Below the pieces are notes generated by a model. It ran no database searches. It was given only the letters and a program-made list of their open reading frames with translations, and was not told where the DNA came from. Shown here piece after piece: positions 39,274 through 50,659 of a DNA stretch of 64,000 bases; the first letter of the stretch is position 1; each line of letters opens with the position of its first letter. The position numbers were made by a program, and so were the translations under genes. The DNA comes from an uncultured Spirochaetota bacterium (GTDB taxonomy: Bacteria > Spirochaetota > Brevinematia > Brevinematales > JAOACQ01): positions 416,001 to 480,000 of the forward strand of contig CAWAOD010000014.1 in assembly GCA_963783575.1 (NCBI GenBank). The letters run 5' to 3'.

Positions 39274-42200
39274 ATGATGGAAAAAAGTGTTCGAAGGGTT
39301 TACGCTGAAAAAATACGGGAATATGACAGCGAGGGCGGCAATCTCTGTAACGAATTCAAAGAATACCTCGGAATTCAAAATATAGACAGGGTGCGTGTCA
39401 TCCATAGGTACGATATTGAAGGAATATCCCTGGCGGCGTATAATCAGGCCAGGAATACAATCTTTTCGGAACCGCCTGTTGATATAGTTTATGATGAAAA
39501 TTTAATTTTCGGTGAAGATGAACTGGTTTTCGCCTGGGAATATCTTCCCGGACAGTATGATCAGCGTGCCGATTCAGCGGCGCAGGCAATTCAAATTCTG
39601 ACACAGGACATAAAGCCTCTTATCAGATCGGCGACAGTTTTTGCCATATCCGGAAAAATTTCTGATAATGATCTTTCACGTATCAAGAATTATATAATCA
39701 ACCCGGTGGATTCACGAGAAGCTTACCTGGAAAAACCTGAAACGCTTGAAGAAAAATATCTCGTTCCAGATGATGTTCCTATTATCGATAGATTTATCTC
39801 AATGAACGAAAAGGAGCTGTCTTATCTTCTAAATGAAATGGAACTTGCGATGGATCTGGATGATCTTAAATTCTGCCAGATTTATTTCAAAGATACGGAA
39901 AAGCGGAATCCAACATTGACAGAAATGCGGATTATAGATACATATTGGTCCGACCATTGCAGGCATACTACATTCCTGACTGAAATCGATTCCATAGAAT
40001 TTTCAGATGGCCCATATAGGAAAGTTTTTGAATCCGCATATCATGATTATTTAAAAAAACATAATGAGATTTATTCTGATAAAGAAAAACCGGTTTCACT
40101 TATGGATTTAGCAACCATCGCCATGAAAAGTTCTAAAAAATGCCGGTAAAATACCCGACCTGGATGAATCTGAGGAAATAAACGCCTGCAGTATAATTGT
40201 TCCGGTTGAGATTGACGATAAAAAAGAGGATTGGCTAATACAGTTTAAAAACGAGACGCATAATCACCCTACTGAGATAGAACCTTTCGGAGGCGCCGCG
40301 ACCTGCATCGGAGGGGCAATCCGCGATCCGCTTTCGGGTAGGGCATTTGTATATCAGGCAATGCGGGTTACCGGAAGCGGTGATCCCAGGACCACAATTG
40401 ATAAAACAATGCCCGGCAAACTGCCCAGCGTAAAATCACGGTGGAGGCCGCTCATGGGTACAGTTCATACGGCAACCAGATCGGCCTCACAACAGGTCTT
40501 GTGTCTGAAATTTATGACGAAGGCTATACCGCAAAAAGAATGGAAATCGGAGCGGTTATCGGGGCTGTACCTAAAGCCGATGTTATAAGGACTCATCCTG
40601 AACAGGGGGATGTAGTCATACTGCTTGGTGGAAGAACAGGAAGGGACGGCTGCGGCGGCGCTACCGGATCATCAAAAGTACACACCGACGAGTCGGTTTC
40701 AAAGTCAGGCGCGGAAGTTCAAAAGGGCAACGCGCCTGAAGAAAGAAAACTCCAGAGACTCTTCCGAAAACCTGAAGCAATCCGTTTAATAAAAAAATGC
40801 AATGATTTTGGGGCAGGCGGCGTTTCCGTTGCGATAGGCGAGCTTGCGGACGGATTGACCGTAAATCTGGATAAAATCCCGAAGAAATACGAAGGCCTGG
40901 ACGGGACGGAACTTGCCATATCCGAATCCCAGGAAAGAATGGCCGTTGTAGTTGAAAAAAAAGATGCGTCTAAATTTTTAGAATTGGCCTCAATGGAAAA
41001 TCTTGAAGCCACAATCGTTGCCGAAGTAACTGACGATTCAATCTTTAGAATGGAATGGAGAGGAAAAGAAATCGTCAATCTCCAAAGAAAATTTCTTAAT
41101 TCGAACGGGGCAAAAAAACATATAAATGTCAATGCCGGACATCCGGAAATGACCGGCTGTCCATTTGAAAAAATAAGGCCCGAATTAGGCGGCCTTGATT
41201 TATCCGATGCCTGGATTACAAACCTGTCAAACCTTAATACGGCAAGTCAGAAAGGCCTTGTTGAAAGATTCGATTCCAATATCGGTGCGGCAAACGTGAT
41301 AATGCCTTTCGGCGGCAAATACAGGCTTACACCTTCTGAGTTTATGGCCGCAAAAATACCTTTGCTTAAAGGTGAAACAACATCCGGAACTGTTATGGCT
41401 TATGGGTTCGACCCGGTAATATCCCGCTGGAGCCCCTTCCATGGCGCTGTTTATGCTATCGTGGAATCTATTGCGAAAACGGCAGCGGCAGGCACGGATC
41501 CATTAAAAGTCAGGCTGACACTTCAGGAATACTTTGAAAAGCTTAGAAAAGACCCGCAGCGCTGGGGAAAGCCTTTCCTGGCTTTACTTGGCGCTTATAG
41601 AGCTCAAATGAAGCTTTCTGTTCCATCTATCGGAGGTAAGGACAGTATGTCGGGAAGTTTTAACGATATGGATGTTCCTCCGACTCTTGTCAGCTTCGCG
41701 GTCAATAGCTATGATGTAAGAAATACGGTTACTCCGGAATTTAAAAAACCTGGAAGCATTGTAGTTTATCTGCCTGTTGAAAGGGACAAAAACCATCTGC
41801 CGGTTTGGAGTTCCCTTATAAATCTTTACGGTAAAGTTCATGAACTGATAAGGAAAAAAATCGTGCTGTCCTCACATACGGTAGGCGGATACGGAATTGC
41901 CGATGCTTTAAGCAAAATGTGCTTCGGTAATAAAATAGGATTTAAATTTGAGTATGAACCAGATGTGCTTGAACTTTTCGGTCCCGGATACGGATCGATG
42001 ATTCTTGAAGTATCAGATTCACAAGTAATTGCTTCCAATTCCTCATTTGTTATGCTTGGTCAAACAATACAGGAAGAAAAAATTATTATCGGCAAGACTG
42101 AAATAGCTCTGGACAAATTGATACCGGCTTGGGAAAAACCTTTATCCGGAATATTCCCGGAAAAATCCGGATTAATTAACGTTATGGTAAAGGATTATTC

Positions 42201-43041
42201 ATATGAAAAGAAAGGCATTTTAACTGCAAAATCGTCTTTTTCAAAACCGCGTGTTTTAATAACCGCTTTTCCCGGGACGAACAGCGAATACGACTCCGCA
42301 AGGGCTTTTGAAAAAGCGGGGGCCGAGGTTGAGATTTTTGTTTTCCGCAATCGGAAACCCTCTGATATTACCGATTCGCTCAATGAGATGGTCAGGCTTA
42401 TTCGTAAATCCCAGATTGTAATGATACCCGGCGGGTTCAGTTCCGGCGATGAACCCGAAGGTTCGGGAAAATTCATAGCGGCGGTTTTCAGGAATTCAAA
42501 AGTTAGGGATGAGGTTATGGATCTGCTGAATAAACGCGACGGTCTGATGCTGGGAATATGCAACGGCTTTCAGGCGTTGATTAAAATCGGCCTGGTGCCA
42601 TGGGGCGAGACCCGCGAACTTGATTCAAACTCTCCTACCCTTACATATAATACAATCGGCAGGCATATATCAGCAATGATACAGACAAAAGTCGTTTCCC
42701 GCCTTTCTCCATGGTTTTATAACACTGAATTGGGAGAAATCCATACTCTCCCGGTATCTCATGGTGAAGGCCGCTTTATATGTCCGCAAGCTGTACTGGA
42801 TTCTCTTAAGAAAAAAGGGCAGATCGCAACTCAATATGTTGATGAATCGGGGCATGCCGCGGCAAAAATGCCGGAAAACCCGAACGGTTCTTTTTTTGCC
42901 ATAGAGGGCATTACAAGTCCAGACGGGAGAGTGCTTGGTAAAATGGCACATTCCGAAAGAATCTCCGAATTTGTTGCCCAGAATATTCCAGGTAATAAAT
43001 TTCAGCGGATATTTGATTCTGGTGTGGATTATTACAAATAA
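39274..43041 (+). CDS. purL: Large fused phosphoribosylformylglycinamidine synthase, interrupted by +1 (~40126-40140) and -1 (~40424) frameshifts
   Basis: [24 protein letters not shown]. The shifted middle frame reads SEEINACS...[33 protein letters not shown]. Then DFGAGG, and the PurQ domain FPGTNSE, GICNGFQ, KMAHSER. Confidence 0.93.
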
Positions 43042-43105
43042 ATCATCGAAACGATTCGCACTCAATATCAGTTTGTTTAAAGGATACGGTTCAAATTTTT
43101 ATCGC

Positions 43106-43134
43106 TTGACACTTGAATAAAATATAATTATAAT
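43106..43134 (+). promoter_or_regulatory. Consensus sigma70 promoter
   Basis: TTGACA-N17-TATAAT, 34 nt upstream of the 43169 start. Confidence 0.75.
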
Positions 43135-43168
43135 CCTTTATTGAAAAAATAATTTTAAGGAGAAACCG

Positions 43169-43777
43169 ATGGAAAACAGCGATAAGAGCAGAAAAGACTT
43201 GAAATTGAGCGCAAAGAACATTTTAAAGGGCAGGTGGGGGCTTGCCGCTGTAGCGACATTGATTTATCTGATTATATGCGTTATTCCCGGCAGTTTTCCG
43301 CCCATCGGTACAGTAATCGTGTTGATCATAGGCGGACCGCTTGTTTTAGGCTATACTATATATATGTTCGCCTTCAGTAAAGGAGAAAATGTTAAACTTG
43401 AAATACTCTTCGACGGATTCAAACATTTTGTACCTTCATTAATACTATATTTATTGATTCTGGTTTTTACTGTATTATGGTCGCTTCTTTTGATTATTCC
43501 TGGTATCATTGCCGCACTTCGTTATTCCATGGCGTTTTTTATACTTTATGAAAATCCGGATATGGCTGCCCTAGATGCTCTGAATAAAAGCAAAGAAATG
43601 ATGGCAGGCCATAAAATGGAATTATTTATGCTTCTTCTCAGCTTTATTTTATGGTTCCTTTTGATTATTGTTACTCTGGGAATTGCCAGTTTTTGGGTTA
43701 CTCCATATATATTCCTAACCGTAATAAATTTTTATGAAAATCTGAAGACGGCTAAACCGGCTGTTGAAAGTAAATGA
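43169..43777 (+). CDS. DUF975 family membrane protein
   Basis: LKGRW, LWSLLLIIPGII...YSMAFFIL, SKEMMAGHKMELF, WVTPY. Confidence 0.88.
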   Translation: MENSDKSRKDLKLSAKNILKGRWGLAAVATLIYLIICVIPGSFPPIGTVIVLIIGGPLVLGYTIYMFAFSKGENVKLEILFDGFKHFVPSLILYLLILVFTVLWSLLLIIPGIIAALRYSMAFFILYENPDMAALDALNKSKEMMAGHKMELFMLLLSFILWFLLIIVTLGIASFWVTPYIFLTVINFYENLKTAKPAVESK

Positions 43778-43815
43778 AATAATGAACATTTTTCTTTTTG
43801 CGAAATAATATTTTA

Positions 43816-44376
43816 TTATGAATGTTTTATAACGACAGCTCTACTTAAAAATACTTTAGTCTTCTCGATAATAGCAAATCCGGTTTGTTTTATTAAATCG
43901 ACTGATTTCCGGAAATTGGTCTCCAAGACATGGAACTTTGGTTCAACAATTAAAATCTTTCCACCAGGTTTCAACAATATTTTTATTTCCTGCAGAAAAG
44001 ACAATTGATCCGGCACTTCATGCAGCATATAAAAAATCAGAATAAAATCAACTTTTTCTAATAAACCTATTTTATCATTTTGACATCTATTTAGTTTAAT
44101 TATTTTATCAAATTTGGTATTTTTTATTTTCCCTTTTAATATTTCAAGCATTCCTTCCTGCAAATCCGCGGCTATAACTTTTCCGGAATCACCTACAAGT
44201 TTTGCTATTTCTACCGTAAAATAGCCTGGTCCGCAGCCTAAATCAAGCACAGTCATCCCTTCCTTAATAAAAGGTTTAAGTATTTTTTTGGGATTTTGCA
44301 CCAGTTTACGAAGATTTATATCCAATGCCCCAGCATTCCCCACCGGGCATATCCTGTTTTTTATTTCAATTCCCAT
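43816..44376 (-). CDS. Class I SAM-dependent methyltransferase
   Basis: VLDLGCGPGYF motif I, MLHEV, LKPGG. Confidence 0.9.
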   Translation of the reverse strand: MGIEIKNRICPVGNAGALDINLRKLVQNPKKILKPFIKEGMTVLDLGCGPGYFTVEIAKLVGDSGKVIAADLQEGMLEILKGKIKNTKFDKIIKLNRCQNDKIGLLEKVDFILIFYMLHEVPDQLSFLQEIKILLKPGGKILIVEPKFHVLETNFRKSVDLIKQTGFAIIEKTKVFLSRAVVIKHS

Positions 44377-44521
44377 ATTATTATCCTCCGGATTTATTCG
44401 TTAATAATATTGACGAAAAAAATTTATTATTATTGCAAAATTCAATTAATATAGTTATGGAAATTGATACCTCCTGATTTGCATCTTAATAAATTTATAA
44501 TTATAATTAAATTATATACTT

Positions 44522-46846
44522 TTGGAGGTGATCTGTAAACAGATGAAAAAAATATCTCTTTCATATTATTATAAATGGTGTTGGAACCAACGGCACATTT
44601 TCCTGTTTTTATTTTATATAATAATTTTAAATTCGATTTTAAATAATTCATTTACACAAACCTTATCATACGAACATATATTGAATGTGGGGACAGGTCT
44701 TGGTTATCCTCCCTATCAGTTTCTTAGAAATGGGGAAATTACCGGCTTTGATATTGATCTTGTTCGTGCTTTAGCTGAAGTTATGGGTTACACTGTAAGG
44801 ATTAAACCTCATAATCTGTCTTCTATTCAAGAAGATTTAAAAAACGGGAAATTTGATATATGGGCAGGAATATCTTATTCACCGGAAAGACAGGGAAAGT
44901 TTCTATTCTCGGAACCTATCTGTACTATTTCTTATGGTATCTTTGTCAAAAAAGGATCAGGGATTGTTTCTCATTATAATTTGACAAACCGTATTCTTGC
45001 TGTCCTAAGCGGCAGTTCTATGGCATTAGAGCTTGTGAAGTATACCAATTTTATAAATCTCATTTATGTCCAGGAGGATTTAAGCTCGCTTGTCCTCCTG
45101 AATTCTCTGCAGTGCGATGCGGCAGCTCTGGCTAAAATGACAGGCCTGTTTTATATCCATGAAATGAATCTGAATAAAATCGATCCGGTGGAAAAAGAAA
45201 TAGTTACCAGGGAGCAATGTTTAGCCCTGGATATCAGCAATAAGTCACTATTACTGAAAGTCAACGAAGGATTAAACATTCTGAAAGCCAACGGCAAATA
45301 TCAGAAAATTTATGATAAATGGTTCGGAATTTATGATAAACCGTTGTCCGAATTGACTCTAATTTACTTGATGATAGGACTTATTTCCGTCATAATCCTG
45401 TTATTGATAAGTGCCGGGTTTGTTTATATTCTGCGCCGTATGGTAAATGAAAGGACCGGAGCCCTCAGGGAAACCGAGGAACGTTACAGGAGTTTATTTG
45501 AGTCTATGACGGAAGGTGTAGCTGTTCATGAAATTTTGTATGATGAAAAAGGAAAAGAATTTGATTATAAAATCATCGATATAAACCCGGCATATACCGG
45601 GCATACCGGACTAAAAAAAGAGGATGTTATAGGCAGGCCTGCATCGGAATTATATGGAACAGGAACACCACCATATTTTGAAATATATATGAAAGTGATC
45701 GAGACCTCAAAGCCAGAAAAGTTTGAAGCTTATTTTGAACCTATGCGGAAATATTTCAATATATCCGCTTTTGCTCTGGTACAAAATCGATTTGTTACCG
45801 TTTTTGAAGATATTTCTAACAGAAAATTAAATGAAGAAAATCTGAAGCAGAAAACGCAGGAGTTGGAAACATTCTTTAATACAACTCTAGATTTGTTTTC
45901 AATAACCGGCACTGATGGAAAATTTAAAAGGGTGAATAAAGAATGGGAAAATATATTTGGATATTCAATCCCTGAATTGGAAGGGAACATATTTCTGGAT
46001 TATATTCATCCTGATGATATAGACCGAACCGTTGAGTCTTTAAATCAATTGAATTCTCAGGTCAAAGTCCTTGATTTTGTAAACCGCTACAGATGTAAAG
46101 ACGGCTCTTACCGTTGGCTTGAATGGAGGTCAAGCCCGCTTGGTAATTTTATATATTCAGCTGCTAGAGACATAACAGAAAGGATTCATAATGAAAATAC
46201 CAATCGCAAAGCTCTTATTGAAAAAGAAACATTATTAAGGGAATTATACCACCGGACAAAAAATAATATGCAGGTAATCTGCTCAATGCTTAACCTGGAA
46301 ACTAACCGGATTAATGATCTTGACTTGAAAAATGTATTGATAGAACTGGGAAATAAAATCCGGTCCATGGCCCTGGTTCATGAAAAACTTTATAAATCCA
46401 AGAATCTTTCAAGCATCAATTTGAAAGAATATATATATGAACTTACCAATCTGCTTATAACAAGCTTTCAGATTTCTTCAGAAAGAGTAAACCTGGATTT
46501 CGATATGGATGATATTTTTGTTGTTATCGATATAGCTAATCCTTTAAGCCTTGTATTGAATGAATTAATCACTAATGCTTTTAAATATGCTTTTCCGGGT
46601 GAAAGTAACGGAACATTAAAAATATCCCTTCACAGAATACCTGACAGCAGAATTCAAATAATCATAATGGACAATGGCATTGGCATAGCAAATGAATTTG
46701 ATTTTATTAAGGACGGAAAGATGGGAATCAAAAGCGTATATTCCATAGTGGAAGATCAGCTTCGCGGCAAAGTTTTCTTTGAGAATAAAAATGGTATTAC
46801 CTGCACTATAATATTTAACAGTGACTTATATGAAAAAAGGATATAA
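44522..46846 (+). CDS. Sensor histidine kinase (SBP_bac_3 periplasmic domain, TM, two PAS, HisKA_2/HATPase)
   Basis: YPPYQF...GFDIDL, KYQKIYDKWFG; PAS (IHPDD, RYRCKDGSYRWLEW); ELYHRTKNNMQ, NELITNAFKYAF, DNGIG. Start codon uncertain; no adjacent response regulator. Confidence 0.9.
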   Translation: MEVICKQMKKISLSYYYKWCWNQRHIFLFLFYIIILNSILNNSFTQTLSYEHILNVGTGLGYPPYQFLRNGEITGFDIDLVRALAEVMGYTVRIKPHNLSSIQEDLKNGKFDIWAGISYSPERQGKFLFSEPICTISYGIFVKKGSGIVSHYNLTNRILAVLSGSSMALELVKYTNFINLIYVQEDLSSLVLLNSLQCDAAALAKMTGLFYIHEMNLNKIDPVEKEIVTREQCLALDISNKSLLLKVNEGLNILKANGKYQKIYDKWFGIYDKPLSELTLIYLMIGLISVIILLLISAGFVYILRRMVNERTGALRETEERYRSLFESMTEGVAVHEILYDEKGKEFDYKIIDINPAYTGHTGLKKEDVIGRPASELYGTGTPPYFEIYMKVIETSKPEKFEAYFEPMRKYFNISAFALVQNRFVTVFEDISNRKLNEENLKQKTQELETFFNTTLDLFSITGTDGKFKRVNKEWENIFGYSIPELEGNIFLDYIHPDDIDRTVESLNQLNSQVKVLDFVNRYRCKDGSYRWLEWRSSPLGNFIYSAARDITERIHNENTNRKALIEKETLLRELYHRTKNNMQVICSMLNLETNRINDLDLKNVLIELGNKIRSMALVHEKLYKSKNLSSINLKEYIYELTNLLITSFQISSERVNLDFDMDDIFVVIDIANPLSLVLNELITNAFKYAFPGESNGTLKISLHRIPDSRIQIIIMDNGIGIANEFDFIKDGKMGIKSVYSIVEDQLRGKVFFENKNGITCTIIFNSDLYEKRI

Positions 46847-46966
46847 ATGATGAGCATAATGCCTGTCTTAAGCCGCTCATAAAATAAATGATATTTTTTA
46901 TGGTTTACTATAAAATAATGTCACCTATAGTAATTTTTGAATAAATAATTATAAAGCAGGGTTGTA

Positions 46967-47920
46967 ATGATCATCCGCAAAGCAATTCCCAACGACTTCC
47001 CTAGGCTTATTGAATTAAGCCGGGGCTTTACAATGTCACCATATGCTTTCGACAAAAGATTGGCTAAAATATGCCCCAATATTTATCCGGCTTTTGCCAG
47101 CGATATGATTCATAATGTCAATTCCATTTCGATTGTTGCCGAAGACACTAACATTAAAGGATATATTACAGTTTCAATAAATAATGCCCTTTCATCGGCT
47201 GCCGGAAAAAAGATTGGCAGTATTTTGTTACTTGCCGTTGAACCGGTAAGCCGCAGTAAGGGTATAGGGAAAATACTTGCTCAGAAAGGCGTTGCATTAC
47301 TCTTAACAATGGGTGCCGAAATAATAACCGTCGGCACAGATATTTATAATTATTCCGCAATTCACATCTACGAATCTTGCAATTTTAAGTTTAAAATGGG
47401 ATGGCATATCTTCCGCTATTTCCCTGAATTTGGAATTAATAAAAAACATGTCCTTGATAATATTGATGTTTACCATACCCAAAGCCTAGATGAATTTTGT
47501 AAAAATTTTTCCAGGCCGGTTTCTCTTTTAAAAGAAAAAAATATCGAAACCGGAAGGCTAAAAGAGTATTTGACAGAAAACTTTAAAAAATCGATCATAA
47601 ACGGAACTACAACGGCTCTTCAATATTTTAACCGGAATAAACCGGTCGGTATGATCACTATTGCAAAGGATGAAATTGGGCAAAAAACTTTACAGACAAA
47701 TAAATCCGTTTACAAAATACTTGACCTGATTGTTTTAAATGATTCCAGTGGTGAAAATACAGAAAAAAAGCTCCTTCAGGATATCACTTCAAGAATATTT
47801 GATTATTGCCTGATGGAATTCTGGGTGGATGCTGAAAACGCATCATTGATACAGACATTAGAAAGCTCAGGTTTTCGTTTGTCTTACACAGGCCTTTCTT
47901 ATCATCTTGTTCGCAAATAA
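46967..47920 (+). CDS. Tandem GNAT-fold acetyltransferase
   Basis: LLAVEPVSRSKGIGK acetyl-CoA motif, N..AI.IYE...F; second degenerate GNAT domain. Confidence 0.8.
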   Translation: MIIRKAIPNDFPRLIELSRGFTMSPYAFDKRLAKICPNIYPAFASDMIHNVNSISIVAEDTNIKGYITVSINNALSSAAGKKIGSILLLAVEPVSRSKGIGKILAQKGVALLLTMGAEIITVGTDIYNYSAIHIYESCNFKFKMGWHIFRYFPEFGINKKHVLDNIDVYHTQSLDEFCKNFSRPVSLLKEKNIETGRLKEYLTENFKKSIINGTTTALQYFNRNKPVGMITIAKDEIGQKTLQTNKSVYKILDLIVLNDSSGENTEKKLLQDITSRIFDYCLMEFWVDAENASLIQTLESSGFRLSYTGLSYHLVRK

Positions 47921-47930
47921 GTTTAATTTA

Positions 47931-48320
47931 TTATTTTTTGATAAATTCGATCCGTCTTACCCTCAACGCTGACCAGTTATCATCTATAGACACCAGAGTC
48001 ACAGCCTCAAATCCTGAAGGCCTAACCATTTCACGCAGCCTGTCACGGTTAAGGTCTGACTTATACTTTTTTGACCCGCCTTTCGGGTAGCAAAGCCATA
48101 AATGGCCGTCTCCTTCCAGAGCCATTATGGCCGATTCGAAGAATTGATTAAAATCCACGATGTTTGCCAGGAATAATTGTATGAATGAATAACCTGTTTT
48201 TATTGAGGAATGTACCTCTGACTGAATTTCTTTTATTGCCGGCTGAAATTCTTCAGGCGAATTAATGATTAAAACAGGATTTTGATTCTTCAAGCCTAGT
48301 TTTTTAAGAATCGGGTTCAT
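47931..48320 (-). CDS. Conserved hypothetical protein (DUF3052-like)
   Basis: KKLGLK, LWLCYPKGGSK...DLNRD, VSIDDNWSALR. Confidence 0.75.
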   Translation of the reverse strand: MNPILKKLGLKNQNPVLIINSPEEFQPAIKEIQSEVHSSIKTGYSFIQLFLANIVDFNQFFESAIMALEGDGHLWLCYPKGGSKKYKSDLNRDRLREMVRPSGFEAVTLVSIDDNWSALRVRRIEFIKK

Positions 48321-48483
48321 AATATCCCCCCTAATTAAATAACGTATAGTTAATTATAAAAGCGATTCTTGACTTTATCAATGGAAATTGATTAAATTAA
48401 TTTATAAAAAATCGACAATTGATTTTAAAAATATTATAATATAATGGTTTACAATTGTTAATTATAAAAAGGAGGAATTTTAC

Positions 48484-50433
48484 ATGCCAGGCGAGACCGA
48501 AACATTTCAATTCCAGGCGGAAAGCAGACAGCTTCTCGACCTGATGATCCATTCCATTTACACCAATAAGGAAATATTCCTTCGCGAACTGATATCCAAC
48601 GCATCGGATGCGCTTGACAAGATCCGCATCGAATCAATCACAAACCCGAACCTGATCAATCCCGGAGAAAATCTTGAAATCCGGCTGGAATCAGATAAAA
48701 ACGCCAGGACACTTTCGATTATCGACAATGGTATCGGTATGAACAGGGATGAATTGATCAACCATATCGGCACAATCGCCCGTTCCGGAACGCAGGAATT
48801 CATTAACAAACTCAAAGAGAACAAATCACAGGAAACTCTTAACGAGATGATAGGCCAATTCGGTGTAGGTTTTTATTCGGCGTTCATGGCCGCGGATAAA
48901 ATAATACTGCTGACAAGAAAGGCCGGTGAAGAAGAGGCTTACCGGTGGGAATCCTCGGGAGACGGGCAATATACAATAATTGAGGAAGAAAAACCTAATC
49001 ATGGAACAACTGTGATTTTGCATTTAAAACCTGTCGACCAGGAAAACGGAATTGAAGATTTCAGCGAATCTTATGTTATTTCAAGAATAGTAAAACATTA
49101 TTCGGATTTTATAAACTATCCGATCATAATGAAAGAGGAAAGAGAGGAAATAGAAAAAGATAAAGACGGAAAACCTGTAAAAGACGGAAAAAAGACAACA
49201 GTAATAGAGGATAAAACCTTAAATTCTATGAAACCTATCTGGTCGAGATCCCAATCGGAAGTTCCTGCCGAAGAATACAATGATTTTTATAAACACATCA
49301 CGCATGACTGGACTGAACCGCTCAAAACCATACCTTTTAAGGCTGAAGGAACGCTGGAGTTCTATTCCATTTTGTTTATTCCATCAAAAGCTCCTTTTGA
49401 TTTCTATTATCAAGGATATAAAAGCGGCTTACAGCTTTATGTCAAAAAGGTAATGATTATGGAGGCTTTTGAAGACCTTCTTCCGAAATATCTCCGATTT
49501 ATGAGGGGCGTTGTGGAATCTTCCGACCTGTCGCTGAACATTTCAAGGGAAATGCTTCAGAAGGACCGCCAGGTGAATCAGATGAAAAAGAGCCTGACCA
49601 AAAAAGTCCTTGACAGCCTGACCGACCTGTTTGCTAATGATAAGGAAACTTACCTTAAATTCTGGAAAGAGTTCGGCGATGCCCTGAAAGAAGGAGTTAC
49701 ATCGGATTTTGAAAACCGCGACAAGCTTATGGGGCTTCTGCTTTTCGATTCATCTAATGATCCGGAAAAACTGACATCATTGGAAGATTATGTAAGCCGT
49801 ATGAAGGACGGACAGGAAGAAATATATTATTTATCGGGCGAGACTCGTAATATTGTTGAAAATTCACCTCACCTGGAAGCCATAAAACAGAAAGGTTATG
49901 AAGTTATCTTTCTGCTTAGGCCGATAGATGAAATAGTCGTTCAGTATATCCCGGATTTCAAGGGTAAAAAACTTAAGTCCGCTGCAAAAGGTACTTTTGA
50001 TGCCGGAAGCAAGGAAGAAAATGAAAAAGCTGAAAAAGAAATCAAGGAAAAAGAAACCGAATACGGTGATTTTATGAAGTTTATTAAGGAGAAACTTGAT
50101 CAATCGGTTAAGGATGTCAGGCTTACAAACCGTCTGGTTTCAGCTCCCGCCTGTCTTGTCGGTGAGGATTTCGATATGAGTCCTTATCTTGAGAAACTCC
50201 TCCAGAAAGAAAATTCGAGTAAGACTGTTACAAAAAGAGTTCTTGAACTCAATCCAAAGCATGATATCATAATAAAGATGAATGAGAAATACAGGCAGGA
50301 CAAAGACAACCCAATTTTAAAGGATTATGCAGAACTTCTGCTGGGTTATGCAACATTATCGGAAGGGGGTGTTTTACAGGATCCAATAAAGTTTAACAAG
50401 CTGGTAATCGATCTTATGGATAAAGGTCTATAA
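48484..50433 (+). CDS. htpG: Chaperone HtpG (Hsp90)
   Basis: YTNKEIFLRELISNASDALDK, IGQFGVGFYSAF, LNISREMLQ, LELNPKH. Confidence 0.97.
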   Translation: MPGETETFQFQAESRQLLDLMIHSIYTNKEIFLRELISNASDALDKIRIESITNPNLINPGENLEIRLESDKNARTLSIIDNGIGMNRDELINHIGTIARSGTQEFINKLKENKSQETLNEMIGQFGVGFYSAFMAADKIILLTRKAGEEEAYRWESSGDGQYTIIEEEKPNHGTTVILHLKPVDQENGIEDFSESYVISRIVKHYSDFINYPIIMKEEREEIEKDKDGKPVKDGKKTTVIEDKTLNSMKPIWSRSQSEVPAEEYNDFYKHITHDWTEPLKTIPFKAEGTLEFYSILFIPSKAPFDFYYQGYKSGLQLYVKKVMIMEAFEDLLPKYLRFMRGVVESSDLSLNISREMLQKDRQVNQMKKSLTKKVLDSLTDLFANDKETYLKFWKEFGDALKEGVTSDFENRDKLMGLLLFDSSNDPEKLTSLEDYVSRMKDGQEEIYYLSGETRNIVENSPHLEAIKQKGYEVIFLLRPIDEIVVQYIPDFKGKKLKSAAKGTFDAGSKEENEKAEKEIKEKETEYGDFMKFIKEKLDQSVKDVRLTNRLVSAPACLVGEDFDMSPYLEKLLQKENSSKTVTKRVLELNPKHDIIIKMNEKYRQDKDNPILKDYAELLLGYATLSEGGVLQDPIKFNKLVIDLMDKGL

Positions 50434-50456
50434 TCTAAGCTATTTTCAGGAATAAT

Positions 50457-50485
50457 TTGACAGAATATCCAATATTCATTAAAAT
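50457..50485 (+). promoter_or_regulatory. Sigma70 promoter upstream of the hairpin and tRNA-Pro
   Basis: TTGACA-N17-TAAAAT. Confidence 0.65.
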
Positions 50486-50489
50486 ATAC

Positions 50490-50546
50490 TACCCTGAGGC
50501 GGGGCGATTGTTAATCAAACGCCGCCGGATTTCTCAGGGTATTTTT
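50490..50546 (+). terminator. GC-rich hairpin with T-tail between htpG and tRNA-Pro
   Basis: TACCCTGAG/CTCAGGGTA 9-bp IR, inner GGCG/CGCC pairing, followed by TTTTT. Confidence 0.55.
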
Positions 50547-50551
50547 ATAAT

Positions 50552-50626
50552 CGGGCTGTAGCGCAGTTTGGCTAGCGCGCTTGGTTCGGGACCAAGAAGC
50601 CGAGGGTTCAAATCCCTCCAGCCCGA
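50552..50626 (+). tRNA. tRNA-Pro (anticodon CGG), CCA not encoded
   Basis: Acceptor stem CGGGCTG/CAGCCCG+A, D arm GCGC/GCGC, anticodon stem CTTGG/CCAAG with loop TT-CGG-GA, T arm GAGGG-TTCAAAT-CCCTC. Confidence 0.97.
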
Positions 50627-50659
50627 AGTTTAAAAAATCCGCTCTTCGGAGAAGTTTCT

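Noticed and set aside
40120..40150. Programmed ribosomal frameshifting in purL
   Set aside because: It would need two opposite shifts, no stimulatory structure is evident, and the same indel pattern appears in unrelated genes.
48321..48483. CIRCE heat-shock operator upstream of htpG
   Set aside because: No TTAGCACTC-N9-GAGTGCTAA match.
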